Shown piece by piece: positions 20,833 through 30,574 of a stretch of 64,000 nucleotides of DNA (within the stretch, counting starts at the first letter, position 1; every line of letters starts with the position of its first letter). Under the pieces are notes generated by a model, which was not told where the DNA came from, did no database searches, and saw nothing but the letters and a program-made list of their open reading frames with translations. Origin of the DNA: Nitrospinaceae bacterium. GTDB lineage: Bacteria > Nitrospinota > Nitrospinia > Nitrospinales > Nitrospinaceae. The DNA lies in assembly GCA_965223665.1 (NCBI GenBank), contig OZ245011.1, positions 1,472,001-1,536,000 of the forward strand, read 5' to 3'. Both the position numbers and the translations under genes were made by a program.

Positions 20833-21195
20833 ATGAAGACATTTAAATTAGGCTTAACGTTGACGCTATTTATAATTTTGATGTCCGCAATCGTATTTTC
20901 TCAAGCGCAAGCGCAAACGGAAGCAGACGAATGCCCCAAGCCGGAAGTTCCGAGCCAGGCGTGCCTTTCTCATGATACGAAAGATGCAATCGATGGAGTA
21001 GAAGACATTTGCGACGGGAAACTGCAACTCGCCACTAAAAAGGCTCTAAGAAAATATTGTCTGGGAGATAAAAATGGAGAGCACAAAGGCGAAGTCTGGT
21101 GGTACAAAGACGAAAGAATAAAAAAGCAGGTCCTTGAAAAGTTTGAATGCTTCAAGCTCACATGCGGGTGCGCCTCCTACTGCGATCCCTATTAA
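20833..21195 (+). CDS. secreted Cys-rich hypothetical protein
   Basis: GGAGG RBS, signal peptide ending AQA, eight Cys. Confidence 0.7.
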   Translation: MKTFKLGLTLTLFIILMSAIVFSQAQAQTEADECPKPEVPSQACLSHDTKDAIDGVEDICDGKLQLATKKALRKYCLGDKNGEHKGEVWWYKDERIKKQVLEKFECFKLTCGCASYCDPY

Positions 21196-21258
21196 AACTC
21201 CAGAGACACCGCATAAGAAAAGCTTGATTCAGAATCCATACCCATCCCTCTACCAACT

Positions 21259-21963
21259 ATGAAAACCGCGCACCTGAAAATATCGTTTTTTATTGTTATG
21301 ATTTCTGCCTGTGTGGCCTGTGCCACCCAAGCCCAGGATCCGGACCTCTCTCCTCAAGCGAAGAACGCCCCGACCCGCTCCATTTATCTGGTGAACCAGG
21401 GCTGGCACGCCGGCATTATTGTGAAACGCGCGGATATCCCCGACGGCGTCTGGCCAGAGCACAAAGACTTACCGGATAGCGAGTACCTGGAGTTGGGTTG
21501 GGGAGACCGGGATTTTTACCAGGATTCGGACCCAAACTTTTGGGTCGCATTCAAGGCGGCCTTGTGGCCCACGGAGAGCGTCCTGCACATCGTCATTTTC
21601 AACGGGTCCGTGACCAAATACTTTGCCCACCGCGAAATCATCAGAATCGAGCTCTCTGAAACGGGATTCGAAAAACTGTGCCGCTATTTTTCACAGAGTT
21701 ATGCCAGGGACGATGCCGGTAAGCCCATTTCCCTTGGTCCCGGATTGTACGGAGTAAGTCGCTTCTATCTATCGCAGGAGACCTATCACGGATTCAAAAC
21801 CTGCAACGTCTGGACAGCGCGGGCCCTCCGTTCCGCAGGGGTACCCATCACTTCGACGATGACAATCAAAGTGGAAAGCCTCATGTCCGAAGCCCGCACC
21901 CACGGCACCGTGGTCCAACCCGAACCCGTTGCTTCCGGAAGGGCTTCTCCTAAGAAAGGTTGA
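21259..21963 (+). CDS. DUF2459-family lipoprotein
   Basis: GWHAGI, LGWGDRDFY, TCNVWTARAL motifs. Confidence 0.8.
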   Translation: MKTAHLKISFFIVMISACVACATQAQDPDLSPQAKNAPTRSIYLVNQGWHAGIIVKRADIPDGVWPEHKDLPDSEYLELGWGDRDFYQDSDPNFWVAFKAALWPTESVLHIVIFNGSVTKYFAHREIIRIELSETGFEKLCRYFSQSYARDDAGKPISLGPGLYGVSRFYLSQETYHGFKTCNVWTARALRSAGVPITSTMTIKVESLMSEARTHGTVVQPEPVASGRASPKKG

Positions 21964-21979
21964 CTACCAATGATATTAG

Positions 21980-22261
21980 GTGAATGAAATGAAAATAAAA
22001 ACGTTGAAAGATGTGAGGCGTGCCTGGTTGATTCATTGGTGTGTGTTTTTAAGTGCGCCGCTAGTTTACATATTATTTGTTGTTGTGTTTAACTCCTTTA
22101 TCTCTGAAAGCGCTGTAATTCTGATAACAATGTCTGTTGTTGGGGTTGTTTCGCTAAGAACTGCAATGATTAAATGTCCAAAATGTGGGGAGCATTTCTT
22201 TCCCAGTTACGGCATGACATCTATTTGGACGGGTCGATGTAATGGTTGCGGAGTTCATTGA
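21980..22261 (+). CDS. small two-TM protein with a C-terminal zinc ribbon
   Basis: Two hydrophobic helices, CPKC...CNGC. Confidence 0.65.
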   Translation: MNEMKIKTLKDVRRAWLIHWCVFLSAPLVYILFVVVFNSFISESAVILITMSVVGVVSLRTAMIKCPKCGEHFFPSYGMTSIWTGRCNGCGVH

Positions 22262-22652
22262 AAAGAGAAATAAAGAATGATTATTTTTGAGTATTTAAAC
22301 AAATCGTCAAACACCAGTTTCGTTCAAAATCTTACTCACCTGTTTCCCACGCTAAACAGACGTTCGATTATCAAGACAAACTTTTGACTAGAAACCTCAC
22401 ACCTCTCTTTAAAACCTGTTACCAACCCGCTTCCGGAAATCAAACTGCTTAGTGATCACGAGGAGGACAAACACAAAGATTTAAAACGAAATCTTATAAA
22501 GGAATTGGGCGAAACAGGTATGTCGTTAGCATTTCGGAGAAGGATCGGATGCCAATAAATATAAACTTATAAGAAAACCTTAACCATTACTCAGAGATCC
22601 ACAATCTAATTGAGGGTATCTGAGAAACGCTACGTGATTGAACAATGATCAC

Positions 22653-24122
22653 TCAATCACTAGATAAATCCATTTCAGGAACCACAAGAATTGAGCTGAG
22701 GATATCAAGAGAGTTTGAAAAAAACTCATTAAGTTCTCGAGAAAGATTATCCTCTATACTTTTAGATAGAACTTTTAATTCAGATTCATTTTGCTGGAGC
22801 CATTTAGCCACGGAAACTGAGGAAGCAATTTCAATAATTCCGCCCTCAAGTGCACCATCTAATTCACTTCTAAACTTTTTAAATAATTCTTGCATATTCC
22901 CATTGCCAATTTTGGTTGCTGATTCCTCGGAATCAAATCGTTCTTTCCCAACAAAACCCATTCCGCGCAGTAACTCCCACGCAAAATCCGCGTATCCACG
23001 GACAATTAAGTATGCATATGTTTTCTTTATACCGTATTTATTTGTATAGCCTTGTGGCTCAGGGATTCTAAATGTATCGGAAATATCAGATCCAGCTCCT
23101 TTAAGAATTGCTTTCCACTCATACTCAGATTTGATGTACGAAAAATACTTTGGAGGTTCAGATTGTTGTATGAGTGTTCCAATTTCAATTGGCTTAATTC
23201 TATAATCAAGTACCATTCGAAGATGGTCCGACGAAAACTCCGAAGTTGATTTTGAGACCATTTGAACCTTTAAGAGTTCGGAGGGAATTATGAAGTTAAA
23301 TGCTCTCTGTATTACCGACTCAAGCCTGCTTTCAATCATTTGAAGTGCCTTATTTGACAACTCCTTCTCTGGATTAAGCAAATAATGGTGCCTCTTAATA
23401 AGTTGTTCGTGAATCTTCACTTGTTTTTCGGCCGTAGCTAAACGAGCGTCATAATCTGGAATGTCGTTTTTTTTATTCTGCGCTTGTTTTATTCGTTTCA
23501 GTACGTTTTTCCATTCAACGAAATTTAGGTTTTCTTTTTCACGATTTTTTAACACAGTTAGATAAGCAGAAGAGAGCTCATCTACCTTTCGTTTAACTTC
23601 TAACACTAGGCAAGTAGATTCTGTAACGGCCCCTTGTACAACAACATTCCCCAGCGCTAATGGAATTGATCCTACTGGCAATTTTGTGGTATGTCGAAGA
23701 AGAGTAAAGAAGGCTATTTGTTCTTTCATTCTTTTCCGCGCAAGGTTTCTAGCAACAGATATTTTGAATCTTTTTGTATCAAGCTTGAGATAATCAGAAT
23801 AGGCCTTAAACGTGTCTTCAGACTTACATTTAGCCCAAATGCGCCTGTCACGAATGTAAGCTGTGATTAGCCATACCAAATACAATATTGCTGCTATAAT
23901 GCTTGAAAGGACTGCTGAAAGTAATACAGATTTAGAAAAAAGGTAGTAAAGAATTCCGACAAATATTGCTATAAAAAAACCAATCGAGAATGTTTTACTT
24001 TTTTGGAATATTCTAAGAAAGGTTCGGCATACTATAAGAATAACAGTAACCACGATCAAGCCTGCAAGAGACTTTAAAATAAAAAGTGCCCAAGATTCCA
24101 TTATTCCCCCCCAGCTTTTCAA
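22653..24122 (-). CDS. AT-rich membrane-anchored hypothetical protein
   Basis: 489-aa ORF, three N-terminal TM segments, coiled-coil middle; start probably ATG 24101. Confidence 0.7.
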   Translation of the reverse strand: MKSWGGIMESWALFILKSLAGLIVVTVILIVCRTFLRIFQKSKTFSIGFFIAIFVGILYYLFSKSVLLSAVLSSIIAAILYLVWLITAYIRDRRIWAKCKSEDTFKAYSDYLKLDTKRFKISVARNLARKRMKEQIAFFTLLRHTTKLPVGSIPLALGNVVVQGAVTESTCLVLEVKRKVDELSSAYLTVLKNREKENLNFVEWKNVLKRIKQAQNKKNDIPDYDARLATAEKQVKIHEQLIKRHHYLLNPEKELSNKALQMIESRLESVIQRAFNFIIPSELLKVQMVSKSTSEFSSDHLRMVLDYRIKPIEIGTLIQQSEPPKYFSYIKSEYEWKAILKGAGSDISDTFRIPEPQGYTNKYGIKKTYAYLIVRGYADFAWELLRGMGFVGKERFDSEESATKIGNGNMQELFKKFRSELDGALEGGIIEIASSVSVAKWLQQNESELKVLSKSIEDNLSRELNEFFSNSLDILSSILVVPEMDLSSD

Positions 24123-24401
24123 GATGGTATCTTAAAACTAACAATTTGAGAATAAGCGCAATTTTCTTTCGCACAAATCAAGTTAAACGAAATTAAATTG
24201 GTGATTTTACTTTTTAATCCGAATTTGTCAATCTCATTTAATAGTGATTCGAATCAATGTTATTTATAAACAAGGATTTATGCCAAGGAGAGCAATGCGG
24301 CGCGATTGCAGTGGATAACAGCCATCGAAAACAAGCAGGCTCAATCACTATATGAATCCATGGAAGTCAATATAAGTACCTGGTTGCTTTACTCCGGCAA
24401 G

Positions 24402-24516
24402 ACTTAAAGAAAAATATCCAACCCGACCGGTCCAAAATGCCCCCCTTTTTCACAAAACCTTATAGAACAAATGGGCTTAATTAAGTTTAGGCAGTAAACA
24501 AAGCATGCTATAATCC
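24402..24516 (+). promoter_or_regulatory. repeat A copy with extended -10 promoter in front of the AbiTii-like gene
   Basis: ACTTAAAGAAAAATATCCAACCCGACCGGTCCAAAATGC ... TAAACAAAGCATGCTATAATCC, then AAGGAG RBS. Confidence 0.75.
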
Positions 24517-24537
24517 ACGTTTAAAGGAGAACTTTTT

Positions 24538-25464
24538 TTGAGCCTATTACAAGAAATTCAGGAGTCTGTTATTCAAGAAGGGACAGAAGTTGCTTCAGTC
24601 TTACTAAAACTTCGCCTTCTGTCATCGCGTTTGGGGAGTGCCACGCTAGAAGAGTGGGTTAAATTTGAATCTGAAGGCTACCCTAGCGATGCTCATATAC
24701 CAAATTACCGGAATATTCCCGTAACCTATAGAGGGTCATTTGCAGGTCCTTTTGGAGCCAGCGTAACGAACGCATCCATTCCTCCGCATATCATTGAGAA
24801 AAACGCTGGAAAACATTGGACAAATTATAAGCTAAGGCAAAGTATTGCCTCCATAGATGATATGGCAAAAAGTTCATCTAAAAAAACCGAAGCACTTCAT
24901 ATTAATGCAGCAAATTTAATTCTGCTAATACAAGGAAAAATGTACCCAGATTACTCGTGCTATGAGATTCGTGGAATTGTTTCGCCGACAAGTCTTGTGG
25001 AAGTACAACATGTAGTTAAAAGTAGAGTTCTGGAATTAACTATTCAACTTGAAAAATCAATTCCAGCCGCCAAGGATGTTACATTTGGGAAACGACAATC
25101 AAATATCAGCGAAACTTCAGCTAAGGTATCACAACTTTCACAGCAAATTATTTTTGGGAATTACACATCAATTTCCAGCAGTGGTGAGGGAGCTCAATTT
25201 CAAATAAATTTTGAAAAGGGTGATAATGAAGCGTTTAAAAAATGCCTTATCGATGCAGGCATTGATCAATCTGATGCTACTGATTTGGCTGAAATCATTG
25301 CTTCAGAAGAACCTGGAGATAAAAATGAACCCCTTGGTTTAAAAGCAAAAAAATGGGTAGTTAAAAACCTAATGAAGGCTATCGACGGTACTTGGAAAGT
25401 TGGCATATCTGTAGTTACAGAAGTTATTAAAAAGGCAGCTCTTAAGTTTTATGGCTTGGGTTAA
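24538..25464 (+). CDS. AbiTii-domain protein (putative abortive-infection protein)
   Basis: N-terminus LLQEIQ...LLKLRLLSSRLG...EEWVKFESEGY...PNYR resembles the AbiTii domain pattern (recognised by eye). Confidence 0.7.
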   Translation: MSLLQEIQESVIQEGTEVASVLLKLRLLSSRLGSATLEEWVKFESEGYPSDAHIPNYRNIPVTYRGSFAGPFGASVTNASIPPHIIEKNAGKHWTNYKLRQSIASIDDMAKSSSKKTEALHINAANLILLIQGKMYPDYSCYEIRGIVSPTSLVEVQHVVKSRVLELTIQLEKSIPAAKDVTFGKRQSNISETSAKVSQLSQQIIFGNYTSISSSGEGAQFQINFEKGDNEAFKKCLIDAGIDQSDATDLAEIIASEEPGDKNEPLGLKAKKWVVKNLMKAIDGTWKVGISVVTEVIKKAALKFYGLG

Positions 25465-25782
25465 TATACAACCGAAATATTTTTATAACTACTATCATAT
25501 GACACAAGATTAAAATTGGGGCAATTTTCATTCAAGCTTTAAACTATTTTCTTACCAAAACTATTTTCACAAACTAACGGCCCAATGCGGATATTCATTG
25601 TAGGACTTATGTAATTCATTTAATAACCGGGGTATATTTTAGTTTTCCTTTTTCACTAGTCCCTTTACAATGGCATGCGATCACATATCCAAAATTGACT
25701 TAATCTCTTCAATGTAGTTTAATCATTCAACAATAAATAGGCGATAATTAAAATAACAAGTAAAATAATTTGAGGGAAATGG

Positions 25783-27129
25783 ATGATTTCAGGATGGCAT
25801 TTAAAAAATTATAAGTCTTTTGACGAAGTATCTATGGAGCTTAGACCATTAACCATTTTTGTTGGTCCAAATAATTCGGGTAAATCTTCTCTAATTTCTC
25901 CTCTTAGAATTTTAATACAAACCATCGAGAGTTTTGATTCTGAATTACCGTTAGTACTTAATGGCACTTTAGGAGATTTTGGAACATACAAAGATGTCGT
26001 TTTCCAAAATACTAGGCGAAGAGATATTGAGATATCTTTAGATTTTTATAACAAGTCCATAAACTTTACAAATCCTGACAGAAAAGATCTAATTAAAGTT
26101 GACTTAAAATTTTCTTACAGAGGTGTAAGAAGGGAAATAATTTTAAAGGGAATTAAAATAACTGATAGCAAGGAAATATTATTAGAAACCAGATATTCAA
26201 ATACGACAGGAAAACAATTAGTTCATAAGTTTGCAAATATCACAATTCCTAAACAGGTAAGTAGTTCATTTTCGAAGGGTCTCAGAATTTATAATTTCAT
26301 ACCTCATTTTACCCCCTTATATCTTTTTGAAATGAAAAATAAAAAGAGTATTCCAAACTCTTTCCTAAAAAATTTAACAGACTCCGAGTTGAGTAATGCT
26401 GCGCGCAAAATTATAAGGACAGGCAATTCCCTTCATCGGATGATATTAGACATGGATTATATAGGCCCAATGAGGGTTCCTCCTGAACGAACAATTTTAT
26501 TTACAGGTGAAAAAAGATCAAGGATAGGCGCTCATGGAGAAAATGCTTCAAATATTTTAGCAATGGACTCAATCCGGAGGGGAAAGGAAAAAAGGGGAAT
26601 TAAACAAGAAATAGTTGATTGGTTACAGAAGGCTGGAATTGCTGGCGATATAAATATCAATTTACTTTCGGACAGACATTATGAAATTAAAATTCAAAAT
26701 GAGCAAACCAAAGAGTATCAGAATTATGCGGATGTAGGATATGGGAACAGTCAGGTTATTCCCATTTTAGTCGGCGGTTTTAATATGGCAAAAAATTCAA
26801 CCTACATCATGGAAGAACCAGAAATACATTTACATCCAAAAGCACAGGCCGAACTGGGGGACTTTTTAATACGACTACACAAAAAGCAAGTACAGGCAAT
26901 TGTGGAAACTCATAGTGAGCATATGATTCTAAGACTCCAACAACATGTGGCCTCTAAGAAAATATCCAATGGCGATGTAATTTTTTATTATGTATGTGGA
27001 ACTGAAAGCGGAAAAACAATTACAAAATTAGAAATGGATAGCCAGGGAAGGTTTGTTGATGAATGGCCGGGAGGATTTTTTCCACAAAGATTAAATGAAG
27101 CAAAAAAACTGGCAAAATTAAGGTATTAG
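25783..27129 (+). CDS. ABC-type/AAA_21 ATPase with DUF3696-like C-terminus
   Basis: Walker A GPNNSGKS, VGYGNSQ signature, Walker B IMEEPEIHLHP, ETHS, WPGGFF. Confidence 0.88.
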   Translation: MISGWHLKNYKSFDEVSMELRPLTIFVGPNNSGKSSLISPLRILIQTIESFDSELPLVLNGTLGDFGTYKDVVFQNTRRRDIEISLDFYNKSINFTNPDRKDLIKVDLKFSYRGVRREIILKGIKITDSKEILLETRYSNTTGKQLVHKFANITIPKQVSSSFSKGLRIYNFIPHFTPLYLFEMKNKKSIPNSFLKNLTDSELSNAARKIIRTGNSLHRMILDMDYIGPMRVPPERTILFTGEKRSRIGAHGENASNILAMDSIRRGKEKRGIKQEIVDWLQKAGIAGDININLLSDRHYEIKIQNEQTKEYQNYADVGYGNSQVIPILVGGFNMAKNSTYIMEEPEIHLHPKAQAELGDFLIRLHKKQVQAIVETHSEHMILRLQQHVASKKISNGDVIFYYVCGTESGKTITKLEMDSQGRFVDEWPGGFFPQRLNEAKKLAKLRY

Positions 27130-27147
27130 AATAGATTTGGTCTTTTT

Positions 27148-27663
27148 ATGATAGTAGTAGATGCAAACGTAGTTAAAGATTATTTTCTAGAGGTAGTCAT
27201 TGGTTCTAATCATAAATTAACTGAAAGTAGCAAAGAAATATTTGAGCAACCTAATTTACAAATTTTTTTAGATGAAGGTGGAATAATTGAAAAAGAGTGG
27301 AAGAGTACTGTTGAGCCTGAATGGTTTGACTCGTGGTTTAGTGATTTATTGATAAAGGGAAAGGCAATTACTATTCCGGTTGGGAATTATCCAGACTTAA
27401 TACAAAAGCTTACTCAGCTTGGGTTCCCAATAAATGGAAAGGATAAGTGGTATATTCGGACTGCAGCCGAGGTTTCACTAAAAAATAGTATAGGTATTAT
27501 AATTACCGAAGACTTGGATTTTTACAATCCCAAAATGAAAAATACAGGGGGAGATAAAAGAATAAAAATACTTAAATCAGCCAATCCTCCTATTAAGAAA
27601 TTTTTGAAGAAGAAAAATATTATCGTTCTTTGTGTCCAAGATTATATTTCTTCTTTTTTATAG
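27148..27663 (+). CDS. PIN-like domain protein (putative nuclease partner of the ATPase)
   Basis: IVVDANV N-terminus, DKWYIRTA and ITEDLDF acidic motifs; 18 bp after the ATPase stop. Confidence 0.6.
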   Translation: MIVVDANVVKDYFLEVVIGSNHKLTESSKEIFEQPNLQIFLDEGGIIEKEWKSTVEPEWFDSWFSDLLIKGKAITIPVGNYPDLIQKLTQLGFPINGKDKWYIRTAAEVSLKNSIGIIITEDLDFYNPKMKNTGGDKRIKILKSANPPIKKFLKKKNIIVLCVQDYISSFL

Positions 27664-27922
27664 TTATTTTCATTAGAAATTGATCTGCCGCAGAAGTTTA
27701 CACTATTTTTAAGCTAGAGCTTCCTCCTTTAACATGAAAGACATTGGGGCCAGTGGACTTTAAACACAAAAATTGTGTGATGGAACCACAGGATATTCTG
27801 GCAATTGTAGGTCAAAGTTTCAAAGTTGGTTATTGGCCAAATGAAAACTCCTCTTATAGCTATTCACTTAACAGTGGCAAAATACTGTATTTTTAGAAAC
27901 CATTTGAAAAAGATTCATCATC

Positions 27923-28067
27923 ATGTGGAACTGGTTTCGTAAATTTCGGCGGAGGAAAATACTGGCGGAGCCTTTCCCCAGTGAGTGGGAAACGCACATT
28001 AAAAACAGCCTTCCATATTATCGGCACCTGAACGCTGAGAACCAAAACGATTGCGGAGTCTCGTCCA
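27923..28067 (+). pseudogene. truncated, frameshifted 5' copy of the MtfA-like peptidase gene (repeat family B)
   Basis: MWNWFRKFRRRKILAEPFPSEWETHI... closely matches 43839-43984. Confidence 0.9.
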
Positions 28068-28123
28068 ACAAACAATTCAGAGGGCGGCGCATTCCTCGCG
28101 CGATCTAATCTTATTCGTTATGC
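28063..28123 (+). mobile_element. integron attC-like site (degenerate)
   Basis: GTCCAAC-N5-ATTCAGAG ... ATCTAAT-N7-GTTATGC, 61 bp. Confidence 0.5.
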
Positions 28124-28155
28124 AATTTTATGAGCGTAGTGACCGCGCGCCAGTT

Positions 28156-28740
28156 TTAGAGTTGAGATATAATTTCAGAGAATTCAGATATAATTTCAGA
28201 AGCCCACTCAAACCCAAGTGCCTTAGCTACAACCAGGGCTATGAACCCCCAAAACGCAACTATTAACACTACCTTCAGCACCTCAACTGCAAGTTTAAGT
28301 ACATAATAAGCAATATAGAGGGCAGCACCAGAAGCAAAAAAGGCAATTATACCCGCAACAATAGTTTCTCCTATATCTTTATTTTTTCCATATGTTACTA
28401 AGCATGCGATTATCGCGATTAATACTGAAAGGCCACCAATGGATTCTGAAACTGACGACTGTTTTTTTGTCGCATTTGTTTTAGGGGTTCCACTTGAAGT
28501 TTTTTCAACATTTTGCCTATGGTTACTACTTACTGAAGAGCTGGGCGAGGAAACCGTTCCCGTGCCACTACAGTTCCAGCAGGCATCTTTTATTTCCGCT
28601 GTTGATTTTCCGCTACCACCGCATGCCATGCAGGCAGTATCCGTGGTTGCTCCATACCCACGCCCTCCACATGAGTAACAGTCTTCGTACCTCCCTGACG
28701 GTAAATAACACATGCCAGAACATACGCTACATGTTCCCAT
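28156..28740 (-). CDS. DnaJ-type zinc-finger membrane protein lacking a J domain
   Basis: Four CxxCxGxG-like motifs, Ser-rich linker, three TM helices; GGGAGG RBS. Confidence 0.75.
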   Translation of the reverse strand: MGTCSVCSGMCYLPSGRYEDCYSCGGRGYGATTDTACMACGGSGKSTAEIKDACWNCSGTGTVSSPSSSVSSNHRQNVEKTSSGTPKTNATKKQSSVSESIGGLSVLIAIIACLVTYGKNKDIGETIVAGIIAFFASGAALYIAYYVLKLAVEVLKVVLIVAFWGFIALVVAKALGFEWASEIISEFSEIISQL

Positions 28741-29034
28741 ATTTGCCTCCCAACTATATTTACAAAACGTGCAGCTAACCGGTGGCCGGAAACAAACGAT
28801 GTCGAATGTCTTGTAATTAAATAGTTCCCGTATATAATCCCAAACGGAAAAGTATACTATTTATTTCCAAATAGTACAGTTTGTCTAAATATTTAGCTAG
28901 TTCTGTGGAGATTTATTGCAGGATTTGATTGACTGGTTCTTGCCGACTGTTAACGACCCAAAGCGGTTTCGCAATTGGTGAAAACCAAAATTGGCGTAAT
29001 TGCTTTTAGAAAAAAAATGCTGAAAGGAGAAAGA

Positions 29035-29196
29035 ATGACCCCTATGTTCTTTTATCTCATCTTTGCGTCCATGTTTTTAAATTTCGTTGTTGTCGCTTAT
29101 CAGATTAATAAGAAGCATTCATGGTTAGTTGTTTCTTTTTCGGGCACCTCAATTATCTTACAGGGCTTGGCGCTGCGCGCCATCGCATTTGCATAG
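29035..29196 (+). CDS. small two-TM hypothetical protein
   Basis: AAGGAG RBS before ATG 29035; hydrophobic; bracketed by family C palindromes. Confidence 0.5.
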   Translation: MTPMFFYLIFASMFLNFVVVAYQINKKHSWLVVSFSGTSIILQGLALRAIAFA

Positions 29197-29436
29197 CGTC
29201 ACGCTCTCAAAGCATTTCGCGAATCCGTGGGGGATGTAGAGGGCCCTAGCGAGTCACCGAGTCTCAGCCTCTCTCCGCCTGGGACCTCCTAATAATTCAT
29301 TTTCAAGATTTTATATTTTAGCTGATTCAGCAACCATAAATGCTTTTGGCAAATCCTTAATTGTTTTGTCAAAAAACTATTAGGCAGTCCTTCGCACAGA
29401 ATTTATTATTTGATATTGGAATCAAGGTATTTAAGG

Positions 29437-29465
29437 AATGGCCGCTTTGGGCCGAATGCAGACAT
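29437..29465 (+). repeat. family C short palindrome
   Basis: AATGGCCGCTTTGGGCCGAATGCAGACAT. Confidence 0.65.
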
Positions 29466-29502
29466 AACTTGAAAACAAAAAACAACTTCCTCATGAAAAA
29501 AA

Positions 29503-30555
29503 TCAAAACCAATCAAACAGAGCGGACAGGGTTAGAATCAACCGGAAATCTTCCGTGCCTTCTCCCCCCTGTTGTTGGGATTGTTCGTTGAGGTCTTTCC
29601 ATATAATGGTTTTGTATCCCAGGGCGATACTGTAATTCTCCCAATAAAGACGCACTCCCGGTAAAACATAAAACATACCGCCCCCGGTGGCGAGTTCTCC
29701 GACACCGTTGGTGACATCACGACGCAGATGCAGGTACTGCCCCTCAAAAGCGATATCAATCCGCAGTTTGTTCTTCATGTCGGTGAACAGGCGATAGATT
29801 AAAGCGCTATTGGCTCGAAACTCAGAGCCGAATTTGGTGCGGTTTCCATCAGCGTAAGAATATTCCTGAAAGCCAAGGAATGAAATTTCCTGATTGAAGG
29901 TCAACTTCGGCAAAACCACTTTGGTGAGAGTGACTCCGACTGTATACGAGGGTTTCCCGAATCCTGTAGACTTGCCGGGATCGATGGCACCGCTGTTATC
30001 CCGCTTATTGGCATTACCGGTTGGGAGTGTCATCCCGGCGAACAAAGTGAAATGCCAGTCCTCCAGGTCATCGAGGCTTTCATTTTCAGGTATCAGTTGA
30101 AATCCTTCATCGTACTTAAAACCCAGCTGGCCGAAAAACGAGATGTCCGCAAACCCGTGGGTGTCGAATCCACCGGCTTCATCCACCTTGCTGTTAAATG
30201 GAACAAACAGATAACCGGAAAACCATGAGGTGAAACCGTAACCCAGACCTGCGATATAGAAGTTGGCGTATTCGCTCTCCGGATTGGTGATATTCATATC
30301 GAACGTTTCGTAATTGGCATGGTCGAGTTTAAAAAAAAGCAGCATCTGGTCATCCGGCAAAGTGAAGGAGGTCGCCGATTCTGTAGGGGCGCCCGGGCCC
30401 TTGATTCCTGCGACCCCGAGGCTTGCAACGCCATGATGAGCCTCCACCTGGGTGGGCACCAGAAAGATCAGAACCAGCAGTGAATCCCGAATAAGTTTCA
30501 AAGAAAATTTAAAAAACAAAAGTGAGTTAAAGAAACGGTGAATCATTGCGGTCAT
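29503..30555 (-). CDS. putative outer-membrane beta-barrel transporter (SphA/MetA-pathway-like)
   Basis: Signal peptide ending VEA followed by HHG, amphipathic strands, GFADISF and TLPTG motifs, C-terminal F. Confidence 0.65.
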   Translation of the reverse strand: MTAMIHRFFNSLLFFKFSLKLIRDSLLVLIFLVPTQVEAHHGVASLGVAGIKGPGAPTESATSFTLPDDQMLLFFKLDHANYETFDMNITNPESEYANFYIAGLGYGFTSWFSGYLFVPFNSKVDEAGGFDTHGFADISFFGQLGFKYDEGFQLIPENESLDDLEDWHFTLFAGMTLPTGNANKRDNSGAIDPGKSTGFGKPSYTVGVTLTKVVLPKLTFNQEISFLGFQEYSYADGNRTKFGSEFRANSALIYRLFTDMKNKLRIDIAFEGQYLHLRRDVTNGVGELATGGGMFYVLPGVRLYWENYSIALGYKTIIWKDLNEQSQQQGGEGTEDFRLILTLSALFDWF

Positions 30556-30574
30556 ATTGGCTTTGAGTTCTGCT

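Noticed and set aside
22277-22558. 94-codon frame with one internal TGA (22385): pseudogene or selenocysteine readthrough
   Set aside because: No recognisable homology, no redox motif and no evident SECIS hairpin
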